From a virus (Duplodnaviria > Caudoviricetes): a DNA stretch of 64,000 bases. The notes under the pieces are model-generated. The model saw nothing but the letters and a program-made list of their open reading frames with translations. It made no database searches and was not told the DNA's origin. This document shows positions 46,736 to 57,518 of the stretch, in pieces. Within the stretch, counting starts at the first letter, position 1, and the number at the start of each line of letters is the position of its first letter. A program made the position numbers and the translations under genes. Location: positions 3,472 to 67,471 of IMG/VR virus record IMGVR_UViG_2871215625_000007; one strand, given 5' to 3'.

Positions 46736-49700
46736 TTAATCAATGATTTCAAATATGGCCTTAATATCAACTTCTGACGGAAAGTACCACCAGCTACCTG
46801 CGTAGTCACCATCTCCAACCATGTATTTTGCGCCATATCGAACCTTTAAAATATCTTTAGCATTGAATAACTTACCATTCTTACCATTTTTATCTTGTAA
46901 GAATAAATACTTCATAGCGGGCAGTGGTGTACTGCGACGAGGGATGTTTACCTCTTTGAGATTATATTTAGCTGTAATGCCAATATTTAAAAAAGCAGTT
47001 TCAATTTGAGAACTGAGTTCTTTGTAATTTGGATTTTTCTTGATCTCGTTAAGTTCAGCTAGAGCCTGATCTCGTTCAACTTGCATAGCCTCTTCTGCTA
47101 GTTGATTTATGATTCCATCTGAGTAGTTATTTGCCCAATCTTCTATCTCATTTTTGTTATCTCCCATGGTACGAATTGAATTATAAACCTCTCGATTGAA
47201 TTGAATGCGAATTGAACCACGGAAAGCTGATTTACGAGCCAATGCGAGTGGTCCACCAATAATTCTTGCTGCATCATTGAGACTCGGCTGTAATTCTGTC
47301 CACATTTGAGCGCATTTCGTTAATACATCGCCTTGACTAGCTTTGTCGCCATATTCAGAGAGTGCATCACGCCATTGATTACCAAAAAATACCGTCATAA
47401 CATTGCGCCAATCATAGGAATCATCATTACGACGAGTTAACATTAGGTACGCTGTTGCAACTTCCTTCTTCAACACTGCATCATTAAGATCCGGATATAC
47501 AAGGTTAACGCGATCCTCTCCTCTTGGTGCGGAAGCTTTTAGACCTTCATCAGTACGCCATAGTGCCGTTGAATATCCTAGCTGCAAGGTGTCACGATAT
47601 TTAATAAATTGTTCTTTAGTTATTTTTTTTAGATCAGCGTAGTTATAATTTATGCTGAGTAACTTACGCTCTGTTATTTCTTCAGGACTATATGTTACTT
47701 TTTTCATATTTTCCGGCATATCTTCCATGGCACCTTCAAATATTGACTGTTCGCTATTACCGCTAACTAAAGAGCCCCACCATCGGTAAGAAATATTACC
47801 CGCTACAACCGAATAACTAACAATACGAGCTTTCGCATTTACTGACAGAATTTCAATGATGGTCCGATTGGTATTTTCAAAGCAATCTCCGGCAACAATC
47901 ACTGAACCATTACGAGCTACAATTGCCGTGTCAGGATTATCTAGAACAGCTGAATTAAATGGTAATTCACCTGATTTATCTTTTTGACGTAAGAATGTCA
48001 TACGCTGTGTTAAACGAGATTCTAGTTTTTGTTTAGTATCATCCCATTTAGCTGTGTGCTCTTGTAATGCTTTGTTGGCACGCGCTAATACTTGTGCGTG
48101 CTTACTTGTGTCATTACCTGCAACTTTTGATTTGTTTAATGCAACTTCTGCGTTAGTTTTTCGCTCAAACAGCTTATTGTAGTCATCGACTTTGTCAGCT
48201 TCCCATGAGTCCAGTTGTTGACGATTACTGATTACTTGGGATAAATCAACAGAGCATTTCAGGTCTGACTTGCGTTTTTGTTCAGCTTGACGTGTAGCTA
48301 GTTTTTCCATACGTTTAGCTTTAGCTGCGGCAGGATCTGATTCAAACATATCTAAGTAATCATCATTATCAACAGCATTACCATTTATGGCTTCAGCTTC
48401 ACTACCCGTAAAGAGATCACGCATCCAGCTTGATTTCTTATTGAGTAAATCAAGGCGATAACCATCAAATGAGCCTTTCCCAAGATAATAGAAAATATTG
48501 ACACGCTTTGCGGTGTTACCTTGACGAACGCCACGACCATTACGTTGTTGGATACTAGCTGGTGTCCACGGTAATGTAAGATGGTGAATAGCGCTGGTGC
48601 CTTTTTGCAGGTTTACACCAACTTCAGCTTTCTTATTACAAATAACTATTTTAAGGCTACCTGCATTATAAGAATCAGCAATACGTTGTAATTTAGCTCC
48701 TGCGGCATCTGTACCATTGATAATGCCGACCTCGCTTGCATCAATACCCAGTTGATTAACGATGATTCGTTTTAACTTGTGGTGCTGTGTTTTTTCTTCT
48801 GTGAAGATGATTTGTTTACCATTAATGTCGTATTCTGATTGTAAATTAGCGATCAGTTTGGCGTATTTTGGGGTTAATGGGTGGCTTACGTCTGCATGAT
48901 CGATACCGATATCCACTAAGCGATCAATAACGGCTTGTTCAAAGACGTCAGGAACAACCAATACTTGCGTATCACCTTCTTTATTAAGTGAATAATCAAG
49001 CTCAATATCTACTTTGACCTTGATTTCCTGTCCTTCTTCATTCTGCTCAAAACGGTCTGTTGTGATCGTTTGAGGCAATGATTCGATCAGTTTTGTTAAC
49101 TGATCAGCTTTTTCAGTCGGGAAAGTAAAGGTCATGGTCTGGTTGTACAGATCCATATCTGTTGTGACCTTATCCATATCACGCATAACCGCAAAGAGTG
49201 CTCGTGCATTCTTATTACGTGCAAAAGCTGGTTTGCTGGATTCTTTTGCTTCTTCACGCAATGTTTCGTAAGCGTCATGCTGCTCAGCATTCATCTCTAC
49301 GGACTCATGGCTTTCTGGTGCATCAGGCAGCTTCAGGTTAACGTCATCGGCGTTTTTCATGTTGGTGTAGCGGTGGAACAAGTTTCGCAGACCATCAAGG
49401 TTTTGGAAGCCCACCAGCCCGTCTTTTTGAACAATCTCACCCTTAACGGTCATCTTGTCTACGGTGGCAATCTTGCCAAAGACGCGGATAAAGTCATCGA
49501 CGGTGTAAATCCCGAATTTTTCAAACTCTTCCACTGGCAATACTAGCGACAGCATATTGAAAATTTCCATCGGGCTATTGGTGACAGGGGTTGCAGATAG
49601 CAGTACCGAACCGCGACCTTCATTTTGATCTCGCAGATATGCCATTTTCATTGCCATGTCGATAGCCCGCTGTGATTCAGCCGGAGTTGGCAAGTACGCA

Positions 49701-52700
49701 ATATCACCTGTATTGTCACCTGCTTTAAAGCTGTTTTTAAATGAGTGCGCTTCATCGACGATCACGGACTTAAAGCCCATGTCTTCGTAATATGGAAATT
49801 CCCCTTTCTTGTGGCCCCCGTCCTCAAGGAAGCGTTGCTGCAGTGAGGTCTTACGTACTGCATCTTTGTAGCTCAGTTTGTCTTTTCCCTTACCAAGATT
49901 AACGTCATCACCCAACACTTGTTTAGCCGCAAGCTGATCTGACATGAGTGATTTTTCAGTCCACTTATCGGCGTATTTTTGCTTGCTAGCAGGACGCATC
50001 TGAATTTCTTTGAATTTTTCAAAGGTCATGACAATAAGTGACTTACTTGTTTGTGGGATCTGATGCATCTTTTCATATATTTCTTGCGCAGATTCTTTAA
50101 TTAGCACGTCTTGGTATTCAATTTCTTGCGTGTGCTTATTCTTTTTCGGTTCTCCATTCTCATCCTTGACCACTTCTCGCGTAATAACGCCGTCCTTGTC
50201 TAGTTTTGGCTTAAAGCCCACAAACAAAGCATGATCAAGGTTGCCGTGGAACATCTTTGCTTCGTGATACCAGTTAGCCAGTACAGAGTTAGGTACAACA
50301 ATAAGACTCTTGGTCGCTCGGCCCATCTGTTTGTTATATGCCGCGAGTGCCAATGCACTAAAGGTCTTACCTAAACCGACATCAAAGCCAAGGATGCCCG
50401 TCCCTTCTTCCGATAAGCGGCGTACTGCTGCACATTGGTAGCCGTGTGGTTTAACCAGCTTTGATACACCTTCTAGTCCTAAATCACTGGTTGAGTGCTC
50501 TAGAGGGATGTAGCTATTGAATTTCTGATTGTAGATTTCAGACAGATCATCAGCATCTTGGTGTTGTTGCATCCAGACACGGAACTCATTATCTAGGTTC
50601 GTAACTTTTTCACGGTATTCTTCCAGGTATTCTTGTTTAGAGCTGGTGACGTTTTTTCCGTTCAGCCAGCGATTAAGTTGCTTGTAGTAACCGGATGAGT
50701 CTTCATAGCCTGAGAATTCACCGAACGGACTTGATGTGTCGCGTACTGTCTCGGTGTCAACATAGCTCTCACCCGTATCTTCATCTTTTTTAACTACGGT
50801 TTGTGATACCTGATAATCAAGTTGATTAAATCCCTTTTCTTTCATGAATTCGAGAACGTACTTGCGATCAATCCACTTATGGCGCATTGAGAAAGCAATG
50901 TCTTCTGTGGCGGTTTTCGTGCGGCGAGATTCGATTTCTTGCAGCTGTTGTTGATATTTAGCTTTAAGCTTCGAGTCGTTTTCTAGGGCAATGGCGGCAC
51001 TGAGCGACACAACTTTCTGGTAAACATCACCAGAACAATAACGGCTCATCGGCATAATGTTACCGTCAGCGTCAATGGCCAGTGTTTTATCATCAGCAAG
51101 ATCGGACAAAGTGATCGGCGTCTTGCCTTTATAGAGTCGTTGAACATCGTCAAGCGAGATGTCAGTCAGTCCTTCCCGGATATACAGGTGCTCAACAATG
51201 GCGCTTGGGTTTGTATCATCAAACGCTAGTCCTTTAGTGCTGCTTTCTCCCGTTAGTAGTGCGGAGTATTCACCGCTTTCGTCCATTGCTGTTGAGAACA
51301 CACCGAAGTACCGTGAACGGTCTCCTGCCAGTAATAGCCCTTTGTTTTGCTTAGGGTGCCCATAATGATTTACCTCATCAGCAACCAGCTCTTGCAGTCG
51401 CATTTGATCAGATATATCCCAATCGCCTTGGTTAACGGAATTTTGGAATTTAGCGAGGTCGGCACCGATCAACGACCCACGGTAGATTTGTTCGCGGTAT
51501 TTGTCGTCGGGCTGACTCATTGCGAATTCAATAGCATCACGTTGAGATTGTGAAAATAAAAACTTCCATGCTTTCATTGCAGCAAATGCTTGATGTACAG
51601 ATAGCTTTAATGCGCCCTGATTACTATTTAGTAAGCCTTTTAGCTCTTCAAGGGTACTTACTCCGTATTTTTTCTTATCAATGGCAGTGATCGCTTCAGG
51701 AGAAGTATCAACCGATTCCCAATTACCGTTTTTAAGCTCAAACATTTGCTCATCAATAACACGACGATCACCTTCTGCGTAATTGGTAATAACTGGCTCC
51801 GCGATATCTAAGGCATCCCAATCAATACGGGAAGTGAATTTACTTGCCAGTTTACGCTTAAGGGCTTCATCGGTTAGGGAACCATCACGGATAACTTTGT
51901 CGTCATCACGAATTTTTGAGGCATCTTTAGGCACGAACTTACCTTGAATGAATGCCTTACCTTCTTCGTTCCACCAGCGACCTTCAATGAAAGTGTCCCA
52001 AATCACGTTCATATCACGCAATTGCTTCGATTTTAGGTTCTGGATTTTCTCGGCGGCATCGGTACTGTGCTTACGCAAAACGATAATGTCAGTCACTACA
52101 CTGGTGCCCTGCTTACCAAAGGTTTTACTTGGTAGCTTGTGAGCGCCCATAAATTCCGCTTTCTTGCTGATCTTGTTGCGCCACTTTTGCCAGGTCTTAC
52201 CCTTTTCACGGCAGATATTGACGGGAACGACCAGGACCAATAAACCATTAGGTTTTACTTTGTCGATTAGGCGATTGATAAAGTAACGCTCAATGAGCTT
52301 TTCATTTTTGTGGTCAGGGTCATCGTGCGCACTGGCACCACGGGCTGAGCCAAACGGAACATTGCCAATCACTGAGTCATAGTGATTGTCAGGAGCTTCG
52401 ACCGCCAGCTTTTCAAAGCTTTGATTTAAGATAGTATCTTCAGGGTGAAGTATTTTGTTTACACCCGAACTGGTTGGGTCGATTTCCGTACCGGTGATCT
52501 TAACACCTTGGGTTTTCGTGGCACTAAATACACCAGCTCCCGTTGACGGTTCTAAAACATTGCCGTTTTTAAAGCCATTAGCTTTAAGCAAATCCCAACA
52601 ACCTTCAGCAATGTACGTTGGAGTAAAATATTCAAACTGATTGTTTTCTGTTAAGCCACCACGTCCTGAGTATTGAACGATAATATTACGTTCTTCGTCA

Positions 52701-53770
52701 GTTAAACTGCTGGTGTCCCAATCAGCCGCTCTAATGCGATCAACAATGGCTTTAGCTTTTGCGTTTAATGTTTCTCTTGTTTTTATACCGCTTGATTTAA
52801 GGCCAAAGGCAGTGGGTTTTTTTTGATCTATTAATAAAAAGAATGCTTTCTCTAGCTCGTTTATGTTATTTGCACCTAACAAAGCTGATATTTGTTGTGG
52901 GTTTGCACGATCAAATACTAATTCATTCACAGAATCATGGACAAACTGCAATGGGATGTCGAGTTTCTTACCGCCTGCTTGATTAATTGCAGCTTTGAAA
53001 TCGGCGGTAGACATGGTTGAAATAGGACCAAGGAACAAGTCAGAATCATATTGCTTCAGGTAGGCTTGTTTCGCGGCTTCTTTGTTGTCAAATCCCATCA
53101 TTACCTTGTCTTCGTCAAAATAGTCAGGGCAGGCGCAATCATGGGCGTGCTCTTTACAGTCAGGGCAATATTTAGAATCCCACTTTTTAACCTTCTCAAT
53201 CGCGTGTTGCTTGATGATGTAGACATGCTCAGCCTTTCGGTTATCACCGACATAGCAATCAATACCTTCATCGTCAGCCCCTAATGTAGAGCGAATATAA
53301 CCGTAGTCTGCGTGCATAGGGACAGACCATTTGTGACCATCTGGATCAATCCCTTCACGCTTGGAGCCTGCTTTATTCTCAATGGAAATTGGTAAGCCCT
53401 GAAATTGATAACGGTCTTGAAGAGTAAACGTCTTAGTTTTTAAGGTGAGCTCAACGTCATCGGAGGCACTATCAAACACCACGTCGCGGTGGGGGTATGG
53501 CAGGGATTCACCTTCTTTAATCGTACACGTCCAGCCTTGATCAGTAGCCGCTTTGCTATTGAAACTGTAGTGGATGCTCATTGGTGCCATATCAGGGAGG
53601 GAGGCAAGGCGACCATCTGGTGTCATGCCGTGAAACTTGAGGAAATCACTGATCATAGTTTCGTCAGTGGAGTTAGCTTGAATTTCGACGCGGGATTTAA
53701 TGTCCCAGTCGGTTGAAACTAAAATAAACGCCACTGTATCTAGTGGCGTTGTGATTTTAAATCTATACAT
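46736..53770 (-). CDS. darB: DarB-like antirestriction protein: N6-MTase plus SNF2 helicase, with an N-terminal inorganic-pyrophosphatase-like domain
   Basis: EPSTGAG, GNVPF, GFDVGLGKT, VDEAH, SATP, QRNGRGVR; aa 125-240 ISIEN..GS.R.G..W...M..DYGYI..T.GAD..IDCYVG..FDEDKVMMGF. Confidence 0.92.
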   Translation of the reverse strand: MYRFKITTPLDTVAFILVSTDWDIKSRVEIQANSTDETMISDFLKFHGMTPDGRLASLPDMAPMSIHYSFNSKAATDQGWTCTIKEGESLPYPHRDVVFDSASDDVELTLKTKTFTLQDRYQFQGLPISIENKAGSKREGIDPDGHKWSVPMHADYGYIRSTLGADDEGIDCYVGDNRKAEHVYIIKQHAIEKVKKWDSKYCPDCKEHAHDCACPDYFDEDKVMMGFDNKEAAKQAYLKQYDSDLFLGPISTMSTADFKAAINQAGGKKLDIPLQFVHDSVNELVFDRANPQQISALLGANNINELEKAFFLLIDQKKPTAFGLKSSGIKTRETLNAKAKAIVDRIRAADWDTSSLTDEERNIIVQYSGRGGLTENNQFEYFTPTYIAEGCWDLLKANGFKNGNVLEPSTGAGVFSATKTQGVKITGTEIDPTSSGVNKILHPEDTILNQSFEKLAVEAPDNHYDSVIGNVPFGSARGASAHDDPDHKNEKLIERYFINRLIDKVKPNGLLVLVVPVNICREKGKTWQKWRNKISKKAEFMGAHKLPSKTFGKQGTSVVTDIIVLRKHSTDAAEKIQNLKSKQLRDMNVIWDTFIEGRWWNEEGKAFIQGKFVPKDASKIRDDDKVIRDGSLTDEALKRKLASKFTSRIDWDALDIAEPVITNYAEGDRRVIDEQMFELKNGNWESVDTSPEAITAIDKKKYGVSTLEELKGLLNSNQGALKLSVHQAFAAMKAWKFLFSQSQRDAIEFAMSQPDDKYREQIYRGSLIGADLAKFQNSVNQGDWDISDQMRLQELVADEVNHYGHPKQNKGLLLAGDRSRYFGVFSTAMDESGEYSALLTGESSTKGLAFDDTNPSAIVEHLYIREGLTDISLDDVQRLYKGKTPITLSDLADDKTLAIDADGNIMPMSRYCSGDVYQKVVSLSAAIALENDSKLKAKYQQQLQEIESRRTKTATEDIAFSMRHKWIDRKYVLEFMKEKGFNQLDYQVSQTVVKKDEDTGESYVDTETVRDTSSPFGEFSGYEDSSGYYKQLNRWLNGKNVTSSKQEYLEEYREKVTNLDNEFRVWMQQHQDADDLSEIYNQKFNSYIPLEHSTSDLGLEGVSKLVKPHGYQCAAVRRLSEEGTGILGFDVGLGKTFSALALAAYNKQMGRATKSLIVVPNSVLANWYHEAKMFHGNLDHALFVGFKPKLDKDGVITREVVKDENGEPKKNKHTQEIEYQDVLIKESAQEIYEKMHQIPQTSKSLIVMTFEKFKEIQMRPASKQKYADKWTEKSLMSDQLAAKQVLGDDVNLGKGKDKLSYKDAVRKTSLQQRFLEDGGHKKGEFPYYEDMGFKSVIVDEAHSFKNSFKAGDNTGDIAYLPTPAESQRAIDMAMKMAYLRDQNEGRGSVLLSATPVTNSPMEIFNMLSLVLPVEEFEKFGIYTVDDFIRVFGKIATVDKMTVKGEIVQKDGLVGFQNLDGLRNLFHRYTNMKNADDVNLKLPDAPESHESVEMNAEQHDAYETLREEAKESSKPAFARNKNARALFAVMRDMDKVTTDMDLYNQTMTFTFPTEKADQLTKLIESLPQTITTDRFEQNEEGQEIKVKVDIELDYSLNKEGDTQVLVVPDVFEQAVIDRLVDIGIDHADVSHPLTPKYAKLIANLQSEYDINGKQIIFTEEKTQHHKLKRIIVNQLGIDASEVGIINGTDAAGAKLQRIADSYNAGSLKIVICNKKAEVGVNLQKGTSAIHHLTLPWTPASIQQRNGRGVRQGNTAKRVNIFYYLGKGSFDGYRLDLLNKKSSWMRDLFTGSEAEAINGNAVDNDDYLDMFESDPAAAKAKRMEKLATRQAEQKRKSDLKCSVDLSQVISNRQQLDSWEADKVDDYNKLFERKTNAEVALNKSKVAGNDTSKHAQVLARANKALQEHTAKWDDTKQKLESRLTQRMTFLRQKDKSGELPFNSAVLDNPDTAIVARNGSVIVAGDCFENTNRTIIEILSVNAKARIVSYSVVAGNISYRWWGSLVSGNSEQSIFEGAMEDMPENMKKVTYSPEEITERKLLSINYNYADLKKITKEQFIKYRDTLQLGYSTALWRTDEGLKASAPRGEDRVNLVYPDLNDAVLKKEVATAYLMLTRRNDDSYDWRNVMTVFFGNQWRDALSEYGDKASQGDVLTKCAQMWTELQPSLNDAARIIGGPLALARKSAFRGSIRIQFNREVYNSIRTMGDNKNEIEDWANNYSDGIINQLAEEAMQVERDQALAELNEIKKNPNYKELSSQIETAFLNIGITAKYNLKEVNIPRRSTPLPAMKYLFLQDKNGKNGKLFNAKDILKVRYGAKYMVGDGDYAGSWWYFPSEVDIKAIFEIID

Positions 53771-53780
53771 GGAGACTCCG

Positions 53781-55535
53781 CTAATTCAGCGAGGGTAATT
53801 CTCCCCCGTACTGATACCATTCTGGCGAGGTCTGCTTACTAATTAACTGGAATAAATTTTCATTGCTAGATTGAATACCAAGGGTATTTAATTCAAATAA
53901 ATAACAGTATGTTTCAGCAAGTAACCTCTCGCTGAAAAAATGCCTTTTTCCTTGCTTATTTTCCACAACATAAACCTGTTTTCTCTGTTTTCCTGCTTTT
54001 GCTGGCATGATGCACAAGTCGCCAAGGGTTTGTTTCCATTGCCATTTTAAATAAAAAGCACGATTATAGCTAGATAATGCGGATTCCCATGCTTCATCTG
54101 TATCTAATTGATGCCCTATAACCCAAGGTAGTGATTTAATATGGTTTTTTACATTATTGTAGAAATCAAAATCACGTTGCTTGGAGGAGAAAATATCTTT
54201 TTGTCTTTCTTTTTGATTATCTGTCATTCCTTGCATCATGCCGACCATTAAATCGAACATTTCTCGATCAGATTCAAACAGAGAATACATGTTTTGTAAT
54301 GATGAAAATTGCTGAATACCCATTGATGCTACTTCAGTTGCACCGCTCTGGTATATTTTACCTACATATGGAGAAAAGAAATGATCCGGCAGAGCAATTT
54401 CATCAGAGCTATATGCTCTATTATTTGTTAATGCCCGTAATTGCTCTGGCGCACCTGTTGCTCTTTTTTTGATAAATGACTGGTTAGCTTCTTTCACTGA
54501 ACCGTCAGATTCGAGAAGATGACTCATCTCATGGAAAAGCGTTTTTCTATCAAAGTTATGATCAATATCGATAGTCCCAGTATTTATGACTGCACTAGCA
54601 CGTTTGCTACCGGTTGTGACTATTCTAATATTATCAATTCGACCATTAAGTAACTGATAGTAAGTTGCTAAATCCCGACGAACTTCTTGGATTGGGTATC
54701 CTGATTTTCGCATTCTAATGATTGCTGACTTTGTTATTTCTTGATTATTTGACCAAATATTTGCATCTTTATCTGAAATAACAGAGTTATTTATTAACTC
54801 ATCATAAATACCTGACATTAAATGAGCACCCAAAACGCTTTTTTCTTTTTTTAACTCAATTAAATTTTTCTTGTCATCATGACTTAGTGATTTACTTGTT
54901 TGAGCGGCATTAATGATGGGATCTATCTTTTCTTTATAAACACCTTCAATTTCGGTTTTAATTTCTAGAACTTCATCTCGTAATTCTGGTGCGTTATTAC
55001 CATTTTCCATTTCACTCATAATGGAACGTGCTTTTTTCATTAACGGTTCAATATATTCAGCTTTAATGGCTTTAACTGTTCTATCAACGTCAGTGTCGCT
55101 ATGCAGAATTGTCGACAAGTTAGATTCAATACGTTTTATATTGGAAACAATTTTTGTATTGAGGGCGTTATCAACAAATGTTGCTCCTTGTTTTTTCCAG
55201 CTATCTTGCAGTGTGTCACCGATACTGTCCGGTTTTATGTAAGCATTGCGTAGGCTGTTTAGATCAACGTCATTATCTGAAATTGTTTCCAATCTATTAT
55301 CGTCATATCGTGATATTTCGTTATAGAGATCATCTATACGACGCCATGCCTGATAACGCTCCATATCATCTGAAGCATTGATGAGTTTTTTCTTTAATTG
55401 TTTTGCCTTATTAATTTGGTGTTCCAGTTGATATCCAAAGGCATGAAGAAAGACGGCACAGAGGCCGTCAATCTCTCTTGCAGCATTAATATCAGCGATA
55501 GTCTTTTTTTTATGCTGCAATGTTTTTTTGGACAT
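53781..55535 (-). CDS. DdrB-like protein with zincin-type HExxH motif
   Basis: TLFHEMSHLLE, PYVGKIY, TEVASMG; lies after ddrA. Confidence 0.7.
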   Translation of the reverse strand: MSKKTLQHKKKTIADINAAREIDGLCAVFLHAFGYQLEHQINKAKQLKKKLINASDDMERYQAWRRIDDLYNEISRYDDNRLETISDNDVDLNSLRNAYIKPDSIGDTLQDSWKKQGATFVDNALNTKIVSNIKRIESNLSTILHSDTDVDRTVKAIKAEYIEPLMKKARSIMSEMENGNNAPELRDEVLEIKTEIEGVYKEKIDPIINAAQTSKSLSHDDKKNLIELKKEKSVLGAHLMSGIYDELINNSVISDKDANIWSNNQEITKSAIIRMRKSGYPIQEVRRDLATYYQLLNGRIDNIRIVTTGSKRASAVINTGTIDIDHNFDRKTLFHEMSHLLESDGSVKEANQSFIKKRATGAPEQLRALTNNRAYSSDEIALPDHFFSPYVGKIYQSGATEVASMGIQQFSSLQNMYSLFESDREMFDLMVGMMQGMTDNQKERQKDIFSSKQRDFDFYNNVKNHIKSLPWVIGHQLDTDEAWESALSSYNRAFYLKWQWKQTLGDLCIMPAKAGKQRKQVYVVENKQGKRHFFSERLLAETYCYLFELNTLGIQSSNENLFQLISKQTSPEWYQYGGELPSLN

Positions 55536-55821
55536 AATTAATTACTGGATTCTTTACTGATTCAAAATCGTTTTCTTCTTCCGAAATTTCACGGACTAAT
55601 GCAATAAATTTAGGTGGAGTAAGATTATCGTATTTACCTTTAATTAAGTCATCTAATCGTGAAGTAAGTTTTTTTACTTTACCAGTGATTTGAGCACGAA
55701 TAGCTTTTATCTCTTTTGCAAGATTAAGCTTTTCTATTCCCTTGATACTATTGGACTTAATTTGACTACGTAACTGTTTCAGTTGTTTAGCTAATTGTAG
55801 TTTTTGAATACCCGTAAGCAT
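55510..55821 (-). CDS. DdrA-like protein
   Basis: Repeated GI(Q/E)KLxLAKxxKxxRxQI helices; lies after darA. Confidence 0.65.
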   Translation of the reverse strand: MLTGIQKLQLAKQLKQLRSQIKSNSIKGIEKLNLAKEIKAIRAQITGKVKKLTSRLDDLIKGKYDNLTPPKFIALVREISEEENDFESVKNPVINYVQKNIAA

Positions 55822-55826
55822 AAAAC

Positions 55827-57518
55827 TTATTCCTGTTTCTCATCTAGTTCGGCATACTTTTCTGTTGCAGAGCCAATTAGCTCATCGTATTGTTCAATCA
55901 GTCCTTTATCTTCGAGTTGCTCGACAGCTTCTTCGATCATTTCAAGTATGTCATCAGCTGCTACATCATCATGCAAACCGTTGACGATGTTCTCTAAAGT
56001 TAGTACAGATTCTGGTTTTTCGCCGTCATCAAAACGCTTAGATTCTTTATTGTAGTCAGCTAAGATGAATAATTTAACCTGGTCCCATTTGGTCATGCCA
56101 TTGCCATCAGCAATAGGTGATCCTTCATCATAAGTAACAGTCATCGTAGTATCATCACGCATCCATATTGCGTAGCCGTGATCTTTATTTTCATTTGGAT
56201 AAACAATTACAAACGGTTCAGTTAATTCACCGTATTCAATTGCCCAATCCTTGCCGATGGGGTCACCACCGATAATAGCTATTAATGTTTGTTTTAACTG
56301 CTGATTGCGTTCTTCATCAGTTATTTTATTAATAGGTTCTTCTGGTTTATTGGCTTCTTTCTCTTTTTGTTCTTGTTCACCAGCGGCATTACTGTGTAAT
56401 TTCCATACACCGTTTCTATCTGTAATTAACGGTTTATCTAATGTTGACTGAATTTCTTTAATATAATCAAGAGCCGCATCGACAGTTTCTGTTTGTCCAT
56501 TTTTATAACGTGTTTTTATTTTATTTGCGATAGAAGCAACAAATAAAGAACGATCATTACCTGGTGAATTACCTTTATCTATAGCAATAATGGCAGAGAT
56601 TGAACTCGTAATATTACGATGTAAATCTGAATCAATTAGCCTTAATCTTTCCCCTGCTTCACTTTCTACTATTTTTTGTGATACTGGTTCAACTTTATGT
56701 ATTGCTCTTAATTCACTTATTTGAGCACGAAGTTCTTCATTTCGTTGTTCTGTTTCTGTTAGAAGCTTATTTTTTAACGCTAAACTCTGATCTATCTCCT
56801 CTGAATGATCATTAATATTACTAATATCCATCGTTAATGACTGAAGCTCTTCTGTTAAAGTGTTGACCTCTTTATTGGATTCTGCCAACGTTTCTCGCAT
56901 CTTCATGACTTCAGCTTGCTTGGCTTTAAACTTTTCTGAATTTGCAACGACAAGTGAAACTACACGCTTTGCAATTGATTGCAGTGACGTATCACGCATT
57001 TTTCCTTGAATCATTTCAGGTGAGACAACTTGAGTGATGTCTCGCTTATTTAACATCCAACGAAACGCTACTACCATATCATCTGGTTTAAAGATTTTAG
57101 GGTCTTCATCTGGCGCGTGAAAAACAACTGTTAGAGCCTGTCCGTCTGTCATCGTAAATTGTACTGCGACAGTAGCAAATAAATTATTTTTCTTTGGTGT
57201 GCCTATTTCATGAGCTGAGACCTCAATACCACTAGCCTGTAACCCACCACGGTTAAGTGATCGCTCTAACGCTTTCATTGTTCGAGGGAAACGTGCATAT
57301 GTTGTGGAGATAGCATCAAGTATAAAACCGGATAGTATCGGGTCGCCCTTGATATATGCTGAATCCATTACAGCTAAAGATACTGACTCCATCATCAGAG
57401 CTTCTTGTTCTGGGTCGGAGGTTAGGCTGTATATGGCATCAATCGTTTCATTAACTGTTAATCCGACAGCGAGAGGGTCCGGTGTTGAAAATAATCGTTG
57501 ACCTAATTGTGGGTTCAT
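55827..57518 (-). CDS. darA: DarA antirestriction/head protein
   Basis: DGQALTVVFHAP..D.MVVAFRWMLNKRDIT.VVSPE signature. Confidence 0.85.
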   Translation of the reverse strand: MNPQLGQRLFSTPDPLAVGLTVNETIDAIYSLTSDPEQEALMMESVSLAVMDSAYIKGDPILSGFILDAISTTYARFPRTMKALERSLNRGGLQASGIEVSAHEIGTPKKNNLFATVAVQFTMTDGQALTVVFHAPDEDPKIFKPDDMVVAFRWMLNKRDITQVVSPEMIQGKMRDTSLQSIAKRVVSLVVANSEKFKAKQAEVMKMRETLAESNKEVNTLTEELQSLTMDISNINDHSEEIDQSLALKNKLLTETEQRNEELRAQISELRAIHKVEPVSQKIVESEAGERLRLIDSDLHRNITSSISAIIAIDKGNSPGNDRSLFVASIANKIKTRYKNGQTETVDAALDYIKEIQSTLDKPLITDRNGVWKLHSNAAGEQEQKEKEANKPEEPINKITDEERNQQLKQTLIAIIGGDPIGKDWAIEYGELTEPFVIVYPNENKDHGYAIWMRDDTTMTVTYDEGSPIADGNGMTKWDQVKLFILADYNKESKRFDDGEKPESVLTLENIVNGLHDDVAADDILEMIEEAVEQLEDKGLIEQYDELIGSATEKYAELDEKQE

